Shown: piece after piece, positions 47,978-62,242 of the stretch
How the letters are laid out: every line of letters starts with the position of its first letter
Position numbering within the stretch: position 1 is the first letter of the stretch
NCBI RefSeq assembly: GCF_001194135.2
Contig: NC_069006.1
Coordinates: forward strand, 22,652,277-22,716,276
Reading direction: 5' to 3'
Origin: Octopus bimaculoides
Lineage: Eukaryota
DNA: 64,000 nucleotides
The notes under the pieces: model-generated
Database searches by the model: none
Seen by the model: only the letters and a program-made list of their open reading frames with translations
What the model was told of the DNA's origin: nothing
Translations under genes and position numbers: made by a program

Positions 47978-49054
47978 TATCGAGTGGTGAATTGGCAAAG
48001 CATTTAGAGTGTTGGATGGAATGCCGAGCCGTGTTTATTCCAATTCTCTCTGCATTGCGTTCAATTCCTGCCAAGGTCAACTTTGCTTTTCATCCTTTCA
48101 GAGTTAAAGAAAATTAAAAGCACCAATCAAGGACATAACTGTTAGAGGGATTGGCGAAATGCCTCGCAGCATTTTCCCTGGCTTTTTGTATTTTTACTGA
48201 ATATGTATAAAAAAACACTGATGTGAAACAGCACTTGTGTTCATGTAATTGACTAGATGACCATCCCTGCAAAATTTCCAGCCTTATGCCTACAGTAGAA
48301 AGAGAAAAAATATAAAATTAAACGATTCATTGAAGGTGACAAGCTGGCAGAGTCATTAGCACACTGGAAAAAATACTTAGTGCTAATTCGCCTGTTGCTA
48401 TGTTCTGAGTTCAAATTCCACCAGGGTAGACTTTGCTTTTCATCCTTTCAGGGTCGATAATTCAGAACCAGTGAAACACTAGGGTAATCAACTGGTCTTT
48501 TCCCCAAAGGATTATTATTATTAGAAAGGATTATTATTATTATTATTATCATTATTGCATAAATTTGAATATAGCTAAATTGTTTATAGTTTTTATATAG
48601 TTGTCTGTGTGAAGCCATCAATTTTCTTTTTTTTTTTCCACCCACCTCTGACAGCTTTTTATTTCCTTGCAGTGAAAAACATTTTATGTTGGTTTTATGT
48701 ATTTTATGTGTAGCATTCATACATAATTCCAGCCCAGAGTGTACTTGTATACTTTTATCTGGCAATCTGAGGTCCCTTGGCAACACTTGCGTCTGCAAAT
48801 GATATTCATGTCAGAGCATCATCTTTCTAAATAGACTTTGTCTCTTAAAATACAAAGCTTTATGTCTTTTGCTGACAAACTATATTTTTCGTTCCAAGAG
48901 AACTGCAATTTATTCGCTGGACTGAATAAATGAATAAATGTTACTTATATAAATGTCTATACTTATATAATGTATATAAAGGGCCATGAATAGACAATGG
49001 ACTGGAGGAATTGTAAAAGAGTCGGACAAAATGCTTACCAATATTTTGTTACTT

Positions 49055-49287
49055 CTAAGATGGTGAGCTGGCAGAAACATTAGCATGCCGGGCGAAATGC
49101 TTAGCGGTATTTCGTCTGTCTATGTTCTGAGTTCAAATTCGGCTAAGTTGACTTTGCCTTTCATCCTTTCGGAGTCGATTAAATAAGTACCAGTTACACA
49201 CTGGGGTCGATGTAATTGACTTAATCCCTTTGTCTGTCCTTGTTTGTCCCCTCTAAGTTTAGCCTCCCTGTGGGCAATAAAGAAATA
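49055..49287 (+). mobile_element. Full-length young family A SINE with 15-bp target-site duplication, nested in an older copy
   Basis: aatattttgttactt at 49040-49054 and 49288-49302; the flanks rejoin into a decayed family A copy. Confidence 0.88.
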
Positions 49288-50980
49288 AATATTTTGTTAC
49301 TTTTCTTTAAGCTCTGAGTTCAATTCTCACTGTGATCAGCTTTATCTTTCATCCTTGTGGGACCAATATAATAAAGTATCAGTTATGTAATAGGAACAGT
49401 TTATGTTCTTATAAGGTGTCCGAGATGTGAATGGAATTTTTATACATGATAAGACGTATCCATGTTTTTTCTTCAAACATGTTAAAGCTATTTTCTCTTT
49501 GCTTACAATAAAGTAGATGGAAGCTACTTAATGACATGATGTAACTCATGGAGGGCTGTTGGGTACTATGCCATGCAAAATGGCAGCCTATGTGTGATCT
49601 AGATGGTTTGTTTCCATATTTCTTGCTAAGCCCTTTATCTCGTGGTTATTCCCCTATCTGCTACATGGAGCCCCACCAGGCTCAAGTTCTCTTTCCCCAG
49701 AAACCTTCACTGCAGCACTGTATGGACATATGATGTTGTTCTGATGACCTCCTGAATGTTATGCAACTGTGTGACTGAATCAGACAAATAGGAGCAGCCT
49801 CACACAGATAAAAACATACAGATATGATACTGCATATATATTCATAATTCATAATTCATGTTGTATTGGTACTTTAGTAATGAATGTTACTTCAGTCATC
49901 AACAGATAAAGAATAGGTATAGATTTTAATTATTCTTAGACACATTTACTGGCAAAAACAACAGAGCTATGGACTAGATTCCTTGTTGTATTCTATATTC
50001 ATTCATCTACATTCTGGTTTCAACTCCAACTAGAGTGTGCTTTACATTTCATAATTTCTGCGGTCCACTATATCCCTAACTTACACTGTTTTGCTTTTGT
50101 GTAAACACAAATAAACTATTAAACTCTTGTTCTTACGCTGGTGAGCTGGCAGAATCGTTAGCATGCTGGACGGAATGCTTAGTGGAATTTCATCCATCTT
50201 TTATGCTCTGAGTTCAAATTCTGCTGAGGTCAGCTTTTGCTTTTTATCCTCTCAAGGTCAGTGAAATAAGTACTAGTTGATCACTGAGGCCAATGTAATT
50301 AACTGGCCCCATCATCTAAAGTTTCAGGTCTAAATCTGAGAGAGCACCATTGAATAATGAGGTAGCGATGGGCATGCCTACAAGAGATACTGAAAAAATA
50401 TTGAAGAAGCAGTAAATATCAGATCTAATTGTTTGGTGGATAATTAACATTATTATGAGAACGACCATGAAATTTAATTACGCAGTCAAAGGGTTAACAA
50501 AACTCGAATAGTGAACAAAATTCCATGTTCACTACTTTACATTGAATATTAACACAGATGACGAGAAGGGAAAATAATCCTTTACGTAAATACGAAACGG
50601 AATATTTAACAGTCAGTAGATTTGAACTTTCACTTTATGCTTTCTGGTGTGCAGTGCATAATTACTTCTCCCCCAAAAGAGATAATAAGAAGTGAACTTT
50701 TCTCGTTGAACACTAGGAAAAGGAAGATGATATGCCATGCGATTGATACAAAGTATTATGTATTAATGACAGGAAGAAAGTTAGACTTGATTCTGAATCG
50801 GGAATTTAAAGTACAAAGATCTTCGTCCCCGTTTTCAACTATAAACAGCCTTCGGTTGTTGGTCGGTGGAGGGACCTGACTGCATGATAGAATAACTTTA
50901 TTGCACAACAGATGTTGGCTTCCTACAGAGCAACAAACCTCACCAATTTGAATGAATTTCCTCAATGAAAAAACGCGCAC

Positions 50981-51050
<70 letters not shown>

Positions 51051-54000
51051 TTGTATGTATTACTTGCACACGCACGATTTTCATTCTCGTTTTCCTTTCA
51101 CTTCCACCTGACCTGTTTCCATTTTGTCTTTTCTGTCTGTTTCTCCGGGGCCTTGTTACGTTTATATTTTAAAGCATTTATCAAAGAGCAACAGACGGGA
51201 TGTTTACGTATTTCAGCTTTCTCTCATGCCAACGCTGTCAGACAACAAACTAAACCTGATTCTTCTGCTAACGGTAGGAATTAGCCATAATTGACTAAAT
51301 TTTTTTCTTCCACTTCAGTCGTATTACAGACATTGACACCTGCATATCTCGGATCACTGTCTATTCAAATTCACTTCATTACTCTTTCTCTCTCTCTCTC
51401 TCTTACCAAGCATGACACATGCTGGCCACTAACAGCGATTTCTTCCTCCCTTTCTAAACCCAATTCATTTTCTTTCTTCTCTTTGTTTACTTCTTTTCTT
51501 TTCTTATCAGTTCACTTTACTTTTCTCCTATCTCTATCTTGTAATACTTTCCTTCTAATTTCGGTTTTTTCGTTTTCTTCCCTCCCTCGATTTCTTACCC
51601 TTCTTCTTCTTGTCCAGCTCAGTTCTTCCTCCTCATCTCCCCTCCCATCCTCTACTAGTTGCTAGCGCAACAACACCTAGGCAACAGATTTCATTTCACC
51701 TTTGGCATTTCACGAACAGCTTGCACCACTCACTCTATGTCTACATCTCTCTAAATTCATACATGTGTTTTTGTTCCTTTGTGAATATGTATATTTAATA
51801 TATATATATATATTCTACGGATGTCTTTTTGGATCTAGAAATTGATAGATGTTTTTCTGATCTAGTATTTTTTTAGTAATATTTCAATCGGTCACTTGCC
51901 AGATGCATCTTCTTTTCAACTCCCTTTTCTCAGCCACTCATTCTTTAAATTCTTTGAAAAGTCTGGTCTTGCACATTTATATTGTCCCGGATATGGTGCC
52001 CCTATGAATTACGGTGCTCTTGCATTCTTTTCCCAATAATACAAATTCAGGTATACTTTAATTCAAGCATGTTTGAAAAATGAGATTAGTATAAATGTTC
52101 CACGTCCATTTTTCCATGCTGGCATCAGTTTTTCTTTGGCTGTATTTTACAGTAGGATGGCCTTCCAGCTGTCAACGTTTGGGCTTTGCGTAAAAGAAAA
52201 TACAGGAGGATCAGTTAATTATGATTTTATTCAACATATTCCCCTCCCAGATTCACACACCTATTGCAGAGGTCCTTCAGTTTTACTAAGCCCTGTAAAA
52301 GAACTTGGAAGTTTGGGCTTCCAACCAAGCCTTTCGCAAAACCCTTAAAGCCAGGAACTTTTTATTATCTCCTTGTATGTAGTATAGACATTCAAACATT
52401 GTTCTATCTTCCCAAATCTTACAACATTTCACAAGGATTTTCGGTCCTCTAAAGGCATCTTGGTGTATAAATCAACCTGCCTTTTTTTTGGTGGTGGTGG
52501 GGGGGGGGGGGTAAATTTTGGTCTGAAAAATTCAATTGGTATGCTGGAAAATAAGGTAGTTTTTGCACCCAGCTCTCAACAGCCTTGAGCAAACTCTTTC
52601 TTTTAATACTTTTAGCATTTTGGTTGTTTTACCTTGACAGAACATAGCTTGAACAGCTGTCCGTTTTTGCTCTTTTTGAACAGACTTACCAATGGTATTT
52701 TTTACTCTCTTTCATTTAGTCTCTATACAAGGCATGCTATATAGTTGAACGAACCACCAAAATGGCATTATCTCTTTCTGCCAAGTCATGCATGTTAATA
52801 ACACTATGTACAATTGACTTCTATAAACACAAGCGTATGCATAATATTTTCTATATGAATATGCTTGAAGCCATTAAACTAGCAACAAACAAAAGAATGC
52901 AAGATAGCCAGAGGTTGCACACACCATAAATTTCAAACAAGCATATCCTCCTCCCTTCTGTAGTTATATACATATGTAAATTCACATGGTGATGTGCTTA
53001 CATTGTATGTCCGTATTGATTATGTGTAAGTAATATGCAAAATATGTATCTATAGTCTGTTCAATTGAGTTAAGTGTGTGAATCTTGATAATTCACATCC
53101 ATTCAGCTAGAGTAGACTTGTCATTCCTGTGGATAATGGCTAGAATATCATTGTCATTGTTGAAGTAAACATATTACTGTTTAGGTAAGTGAAGTGTAAT
53201 ACGTTCGATAGGTTGATGGATATAAATCATGTAATTTAAACCCAAACATCCTCGAGGCTGCCTTTGATGTTGATGCATAGTAGCCATTGTGGTGATAGTG
53301 AATGGTTCTGATTCACTTCAAACCTGATTTGTTTATGATGACATCTTGCCTACTGCAACCGTGGAATATATATCATTGTAGTAATGGAAGAAATGGAAAT
53401 CATGTTTATGAATCAAAAACTTGTATTTATAACAATTCATTTATGATGTTTCGTGGCATTTACCTTCGAATCCCCATTGTCTGATTCCAAACTGAAACAG
53501 CAGTGGAAAACTGCAGCTAGTTAATAAATTAAATATATGCTTGCATGGGCGAGAAGGGATTTTGTTGAGGCAAATTTTCTGTGGTGGGATACCCTTCCTG
53601 CCGCCAATCCTCACCTGTTTCCAAGTAAGATAATATTTTCCTGTAACCAGACATGTTTTCATAGAAAACTGGGATTGAAAAACATCTCTCGTATCACACT
53701 GACATTTGTTTACAGCTATCACGGAGTGTCAAAGCAAGAAGATACCAAATCCCCCCCCCCCATCATCATCATCATTTAACGTCCATGCTGGCATCTTTTG
53801 AACAGTTTTGGACAGGAGTTGGTAAGGGCAGGAACTGCACAAAGCTCCATTGTCTGTTTTGGCATGGTTTCTACAGCCAGATGCCCTTCCTACTGCCAAC
53901 CACTTTACAGAGTGTCTTGGGTGCTTTTTATGTAGCACCATTGCTTTTTACGTGGCACCGAAGGTGCTAGGGAAAGAAGAGTAAAACAACAAACGCAGTA

Positions 54001-54225
54001 GATAAAACAGGGGACAACTGATGAAGGGAATGTTCTTTATGTTGTATGTCTCATTTCTCTGTTTGTTTGTTTTTTTTGTTCGAAAAAACCTCTGATCAAA
54101 CACCACCAGGGCATATAGTCATTATACATGTATCATAGTCATTCTATTTAGCTCACTTTAGTTTTGGATTACAGGCCTAATTAGCCCTTGCTTAAAAGTC
54201 CACACAGAGTGTGGCTTTTAAACTA

Positions 54226-54273
<48 letters not shown>

Positions 54274-55988
54274 CGATCATGTGACTGATCGGATTGTCAG
54301 ATGTTGTTACACATCGTTAGTCACAATGCAATTTGCATCATTTTAGCCTTTGAATGGTGCCACGCTGGTACTAGGTGAGCAGGCTAACATTACCCCTTGA
54401 TTGAAATGGAGGACTGGAGCAATGTGAAATAAAGTGTTTTGCTGAAGAACACAGCACGACACCCAGTCTGGGAATGAAACTCATGATTGCTACATCATGA
54501 ATGCAACAGCTTAACCACTAGGCTATGCACCTTCGCACGCACATATCTATATATACACACATGCAATGGGCTTCTGTCTACCAAATTTGCTCGCAAGGCA
54601 TTAGTTAACCGGGAGCTTTTGTAGAAAACACATATTTACAGTTCTGTGCCGTGGAATTGAACTTGAAGCCTCATGGTTGCAAAGGGAACTTCTTAATCAA
54701 ATAGCCATGCCTGCACCTGCAATATATTATTTCTTTATCTTCTTTTTAAATCTATTTTTAGAAAAAAAAATGTTTTCAAATAGTCCTACCCATTTTTAAT
54801 TATAAATTCTTTCAGCTGAATGAATTACAGGTTTGTTTGATAAGCTTATGTAGAGCAAAACATATGGCCATCTGTAATGAATCATTTTATTTTAATTTTA
54901 TAATGTAACACATTATGTGTGTGTGTGTTTTGAACTTTTCTTAAGTGGGACATATGAGGATTATTAGAGGCGTCGGCTGCTACCGTGTGTACCATTATTA
55001 CTGTTACCACCAGCATCACTACCACCACCACCACCATAGTCCCTGCAAGCATCAACCATCATCAACACTATCTTCAACATCACCACCATCGACGCAGTAA
55101 CCGGCAGCCACCACCATCACCATAATCCTCAACAACTTCGCCACCACCGCAAACAGCGGCTGCCACCATCATCACTATTATCCTAAACGACCGTACCACC
55201 ACTGCCACCACCACTGATTCAGCAAGCTGTAACCATCATCATCATCATCACTACTATTTTGAACACCAGCAGTAGCAGCACCACTGCCGCCACCATCATC
55301 GTCAACATTATTTGCACCACCGCCAGCATCACCATTACCCTCATCGTCAACTTTATTTGCAGCGGCACCACCATCATCAACACCCTCACTATCGTCAACA
55401 TTATTATCAGCAGCACCATCGCCACCATCACCGATACGTAGCGAGCATCACCATCGTAACTACTAACATCAACATCAACAACAACAGTAGTACCGCCGCC
55501 GCCGCCATCATCACCATTACCTTTACCATCATCATCATTATAATCTTCATCAGTTTCACTACGCTTTCCTCCACCATCGACATGTGTGTTATCCACATTT
55601 AACAGCAGCAGCAGCAGCAGCCATCCTCATCACCAGCTCCATCGTCTACTGAACGTCTTGGTAGTTGGGTAATTGGAAGGGAAGCTGGCTCGCACTATCG
55701 TTTCCTCCATTATTATTACTACTACAACCGATAGACGAATAGTCTGTTGGCTTTTCATTCCTCTCTCTCTCTCTCGCTCTCCCTCTCTCGTCAGATGAGA
55801 GACACGGCGGTCAAAAGGAAGAGACACATCGAAGGCCGATATTTCTGAAGAATAAGCGACCGATGGCTATATATGATTAGCAATGGGATAATACAGAGCA
55901 TCAGTTAACATCTTCATCACCACAACGCCAGCAGAGTGAGTATTGTGACATTAACATCTCCGACAATAGGTCGCTTTCGCATACGTGT

Positions 55989-56023
<35 letters not shown>

Positions 56024-56086
56024 CGTGTGTATATATACATATATGAATGTGTGTGTCTGTATGTATGTATGTATATGTATATATAT

Positions 56087-56375
56087 ATATATAGTTTTAG
56101 GGAAAATAACCAATTTTCAAGAACTCATCGATGAAAATCCACTATCACATATAGAAAAATTAATAATTAAAAGCACAATAAATGAGTATAATATAAAGTA
56201 AAGTAAATATCATAAGATAAATATAATATAATATAATTATATTTATCTTATGATATTTACTTTACTTATATTATACTCATTTATTGTGCTTTTAATTATT
56301 AATTTTTCTATATGTGATAGTGGATTTTCATCGATGAGTTTTTGAAAATTGGTTATTTTCCCTAAAACTATATAT
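56087..56375. repeat. Foldback inverted repeat, about 138-bp arms and 12-nt loop
   Basis: 56087-56225 is the reverse complement of 56238-56375 with one mismatch and one 1-bp indel; (TA)n at the left and further AT-rich element-like sequence to about 56483. Confidence 0.92.
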
Positions 56376-57742
56376 TTTATATATACTTTATCTATAAGGC
56401 TCAATTTAATTTTGATTTTTTTATAAATTGATTTTAATTGAGTTTTTTACCTGTAATTTTGGATTTTGTCCCTAATATTATTTGTATATATATATATGGA
56501 TTAACTGTGATATTTTATGAATAAAATTGTGTGTGTATTCATATAAATACCGAATGCATGTGTGTGTGTGTATATATATATATTAATATAGTATTTGTAT
56601 ACATATAAAATAAAATATATTTCACTGTATATATGTACCAACATCGAAACTAAATATATGGATAAGTTTCTGTGTACATAGGTAATATAGATAGATGATG
56701 TGTGCGTGTATATATATGTATAATGTGTGTGCGTATATATATATATGTGTATGATGTGTATGTATGTATGTATATATATATATATTCGTATGATGTGTAT
56801 ATATGTATATATATACATAAATATATGTGTATATATACATATATGTACAGTGTGTGTGTATAATATTTATGAGGTATGTGGCGTATTTACAGTATGGTTA
56901 AATGTATCCGGATAACCCATATATACATTTCTGCGTGTATATGTTTATAAATATGTAGGAATGTAGTCGTTGTTTAGTCCCAGGCTAACCACTACTGAAC
57001 AGAGAGCTCAAAGGTATTCCAACCACGACCATCTCGTCTTTTGTGACCAATGCATTATACTTCTTTATTTACGGTATTAGGGTCTGTGCTTGATGTAGAT
57101 TTAGTTGCTATTTCAAGCACTTCATGTGACCTCGTTGGTACTTCCTTCGTCGTCTCTCAGTGTGTGGGTGTATAGAAAATGTTTATATATATATATATAT
57201 ATATATATACATACTCACACATGTTTTATGTATGTATATCTGTGTCCTTGTGTACAAATATAAGTAAAACAAGCATTCATTCAAATTCTTCTTCATTTTC
57301 TACTACTTTTTTTTTTGTTTCCTTCAGAAGGGAACAGAAACCAAACACTAATTTTCTTTTTATATATCTGCTATATTATACACACACGCGCTCGCGTGTA
57401 TGACTATATAAGTACGATGTTTGTATGTTTCTGTTTGTACGCATGTTTGTAATATNNNNNNNNNNNNNNNNNNNNNNNNNNNNNNNNNNNNNNNNNNNNN
57501 NNNNNNNNNNNNNNNNNNNNNNNNNNNNNNNNNNNNNNNNNNNNNNNNNNNNNNNNNNNNNNNNNNNNNNNNNNNNNNNNNNNNNNNNNNNNNNNNNNNN
57601 NNNNNNNNNNNNNNNNNNNNNNNNNNNNNNNNNNNNNNNNNNNNNNNNNNNNNNNNNNNNNNNNNNNNNNNNNNNNNNNNNNNNNNNNNNNNNNNNNNNN
57701 NNNNNNNNNNNNNNNNNNNNNNNNNNNNNNNNNNNNNNNNNN

Positions 57743-57795
<53 letters not shown>

Positions 57796-60139
57796 CAATC
57801 GGTCATCCGTATCTTCAATAAAGAGTGGCTTTAGTGGTCAACCGACCTGTTAGAAATAGCAAAGAAATCTTCCTCAAATTTACTCTGTTAATTTAATTAA
57901 AAAAACAAACAAGCGCCCATTGGAATAATGTTAGTCTTATATAATGTGAAACCCCCATATTTCTGTAAAAAAACATGTATGGTCACGTTTGGAATGTCTT
58001 CGATCAAAGGTTAATATGTGTAATGGAACAGAGATGACCTGGGGGCAAGAAACGAGTGAGGGAGGGGGCTAAGGAAGCAACAACGGCAGTAACGACAGTT
58101 TTTACTTTCCAGAAAAATCAATATGCAATTCTTGAAATTTTTCGATGAGCAGCCAATTTTGTAACGTTTATATTTGTTTTTATTTTATATATATATATAT
58201 ATATCCACACACACAAAACATGATGAGACAGAGAGGGAGAAAGGGAGGAAGCTTAGGATTTCTTCTAAAAAGTGGAATAGTGATAGTGTGTATGAAAAGA
58301 AGTAACAAATACGAAACGAAACTAGCCGTAATGTCAGAAATTCGTTGATTTTATCACGGTTTAAAAACCAGACTTTCATCTGAATGTCTTTTAAATAGTT
58401 TAGTACGAAGGATTTCTAGCATAAGGCCATGCATTTCTCATACACAAGTGTGATAGGGAAGGAAGGTGTTATGTATGCCAAGTGCTTTATTATTAATACT
58501 TATGCTTGGTAGGTACTTAATCTTTTTATTGATAGTCCCAATAGGATGAAAGGCTAAATGCATCCCTCGGTAGGATATGAATTTGGAACGTAAAATGCAA
58601 GGCGATAATTTTGACAAATAAAGGTGTCTTGTCTTGGTGATGGCTCCTTGATTATCTATTTGTATACTATTGAATATTGAATACAAAAGTCACTAGAATT
58701 CGAGAGGTTTTAATAATGGCGTGAATCAGTTTAATTGCTAAGTAAAGAATGTAGTGACGGAGTAAAGAAACAGACGAGTTAATTAATAACATAGTTTAAC
58801 ACCAGGTCAGATAAACGTATGATCAGAGACATTCCTGCTGTAACAGATTTTTGTTGTTTCTATCAGGCGCAGTGTATCTAAGACTACATCATTCAATGTA
58901 CCCTCTTCCCCTTCATTTTTGTTTTATGAGACAACAGGATCGGATTTGAGGGATATTTGGCTGCTGTTTCTAGCAAGTCGCGTAAAGGCATACCCCCCGT
59001 AGACTCAAAGAACGTATTTTGTTACTGTGACAATATTTATATCTAAATAAAAATAAAAAGTTTGGGGTTCGGCCTGTCTTTGGAGAGAAAGAATAAAAAA
59101 AGACATGCTTTATAATTTTTTCAAACCATAGATTTATTTAAAAACACATGGGGCTACCTTTAATTTTACCAGGTCTTACATAAGATGTAATAAGCTGACA
59201 CTTCAATTACAGGTTGTTAAATGGAACAGTTTTTAGTATTTTGATATATTAAAATAATTTTTTTAAATTATTAGTTTTAGTTCAGGAATTAAAAGCAAAA
59301 AGAATTACGTTAAAAAAAAATGAAAGTACCAAATACCGAAAACCAACATGCTGCCTTAATTGAAGGGTTTTGTGTAACTTAAGGGAGANNNNNNNNNNNN
59401 NNNNNNNNNNNNNNNNNNNNNNNNNNNNNNNNNNNNNNNNNNNNNNNNNNNNNNNNNNNNNNNNNNNNNNNNNNNNNNNNNNNNNNNNNNNNNNNNNNNN
59501 NNNNNNNNNNNNNNNNNNNNNNNNNNNNNNNNNNNNNNNNNNNNNNNNNNNNNNNNNNNNNNNNNNNNNNNNNNNNNNNNNNNNNNNNNNNNNNNNNNNN
59601 NNNNNNNNNNNNNNNNNNNNNNNNNNNNNNNNNNNNNNNNNNNNNNNNNNNNNNNNNNNNNNNNNNNNNNNNNNNNNNNNNNNNNNNNNNNNNNNNNNNN
59701 NNNNNGTGGGTCAGTCATTGTATAGTAGCTAGCTAGCTAGCTTGCTAGTTAGCCAATCTATAAAGTAAGTCTACTTGTTATTTAAAGAAGTAGGTTTGTA
59801 CTAATTGTCAAATTCTATCGTGGGTTTTGTTCTTTTCTTGTAGACATCTTTTCTCAGGTGGACGAAACGAACACATCAGATTTTTCTTTCTTTCTTACAG
59901 TAGAGACATCTATCTAGCTGTTAACCGTATAATTTATCCTTTCACTTCACATCTCTGTCTATCTATCTATACATACATACAGACACATATATATACGCTC
60001 ACACATACATACACATTCATATACATACACACACACTTACATATACATTCATACATACCTGCACGTGCATGTCAGTGCTTCACGTTTCCCTTCCAAGAGA
60101 GAAAAACATATTCCGGTCCTGTCCACGCCTTTTTTTAAA

Positions 60140-60174
<35 letters not shown>

Positions 60175-60467
60175 TTAAAGAACTAGACAACAACGATCAA
60201 AAACGTGTCTTTTTTTATTTTCAACCTCCCTATAATCGTTCGTTACATATCGCTTAGCTCGCTTCTCGAAGCTAAGTCTGTCTGTTCGACCACCACTCAT
60301 GTTCACATTGCTGACAACAACGACATCCACAACCACCCTCCTTCAACGCAATGGCTATTCTTTGCAATAACAGGTATGTTGACGACATTTCGTCGTATTT
60401 TCTTAATTTCCACACATGGTTACAGAATTTTTAGTTTTATGATGGTGTGTATATATATATATATATG

Positions 60468-61070
60468 GGGGTCAGTCGATTAAAAACAATCCCTTGTATT
60501 TGACTGATATTTATTTTCTGGGAGCAGGGAGAGCATTTCTAGATAGGTAAGGTGAGGTGATAATGAAAGACAAGAGTCAAACCTCGATGTTATTTGAACT
60601 ACAATTATAATAATATTGGGTTTGTTAACATTGATGAAGATGATAATAACATGACAATTTTTTGTGGGCGATGTTTCGGTTACAGTTCAATTAAAAACGA
60701 CCCCAGGTGCTTGACTGGTACTACTTATTTTATTGATCCTCGGAAGGATAAAAAGGCAATGTCACTATCGAAGGTATTTGAGCAGAATTTATAATAATGA
60801 TTTCCAACATAGATGCAATAACATTAGGATATTTTTGTTAACGATAATTGCAGTCATTTAAGACTACCCCAGGTATTGTTATTACTTTATTTTATCGACC
60901 TAGCATGAAAGGCAAAGTCCACCTCAGTGATTTGCTACATACATCACTAGGATATTTTTGTCAGCGATTATTCCAGTCAATTAAGATTACCTCAGGTGCT
61001 TGGATTGCTATTTCTTATTGTATCGACCTCGCATGAAAGACGAACTCCATCTCAACGGCATTTTAACCAT
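60468..61070 (-). mobile_element. Four tandem, heavily decayed family A SINE 3' segments
   Basis: gtc(a/g)att.aa..(c/t)accccagg...ttatt(t/g)atcgacc...atgaaag(g/a)c recurs four times. Confidence 0.6.
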
Positions 61071-62009
61071 ATAATAGTTACGGATCTATGGGGATACAAT
61101 ATGCACATAAATCCCAACACATGCAGAGTTGAAGGTGGTGCTCCAGCTTGAGCGCTTTAATACACTTAATTCTAATTATAGTGTGTCATTTTGTAAATGG
61201 GAATTAAATAAATAAAAATCAGCAAACGAAGGAACATACGTGGCTAGACCCGAATAAATGTGCAACTTAATCTCTACAGTTCCCTTCATATTATTGATAT
61301 ACTTACATGGAGAAATATGTTTAATGTTTACTAATCAGTGATGCTAATTCTAAGGTTACAACTGCTTCGACATTTGGGAATGGGGCCTACATCATTCTCC
61401 CCTGCCAAAGAATTTTTTTCTATTGCTCATTCGTTGTCAATAATACTTAAAACATCTTCTAAGAAACTGAGTGTTTTTTTTTTTTGTTCACTACATAATT
61501 TCCGACTCAGTTCTATAGGAATACCACTCAACACATCTATCTATCTATATATATGCTAATATGTGTGTGTGTGTGTATATATATCCGAATGTCAAGAAAC
61601 TCTGAGTAGTGGAGTCGAAGAATCATTAACTGCTAACGAAATAAACTCCACGTCTTGAGTACTTTTCCGTTATTCGAACCCCAGACATGATGTTACGTAT
61701 GTCATCTTTTTGTCGCCATACTTTCTAGTCTGTATAAATCAATGAAGCTTACTAATACTGAAAAACTGTATTGCTTTAAAAAATTGCGGGAATGTATTGT
61801 ACTTTACTGACTGCGCTTACTTTTGGAATATGCCGAAAATCTTAAGGACAACCCGAACCAGGACATTTAGTTAATAAAATATCTGAAAAACCGAGGAGTC
61901 ATTTCAAGACCTTCTTTCTAGAAAGACGACGGCATTAAGACTCTCGTTTTTCTCTGTCATTTTAGAAATATTGGTTTCGTATTTCCTGCTTACGGTTGAT
62001 GAAATTTTG

Positions 62010-62242
62010 TTTCATCACCCACGTTGATTGTTATTACGATTGCAGTTGTCTTGGTGAGAGAGCATGACTGTCACAACTTCTCATAAGATCAGCCAGCTTC
62101 CAGTTAGAAAAGTGCGTGGTTCAATTGATATTTAGTTGATTGATTATCTAAATTAAATTTGTCGTTTCATCCACGTTGAATACAATTGCAATCGTGGTTG
62201 TCTTGGTGAGAGAGCATGACTGTCACAACATCTCATAAGATC
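62010..62242. repeat. About 152-bp tandem duplication with a conserved 46-bp core
   Basis: gttgtcttggtgagagagcatgactgtcacaac(t/a)tctcataagatc at 62045-62090 and 62197-62242. Confidence 0.85.

Noticed and set aside
49725-49800. TGATG/CTGA motifs resembling a C/D-box snoRNA
   Set aside because: Imperfect C box, no terminal stem, no identifiable guide; such motifs are common by chance.
56325-56350. CGATGAG...GAAA in the foldback arm as another hammerhead
   Set aside because: No CTGA core and no stem II.
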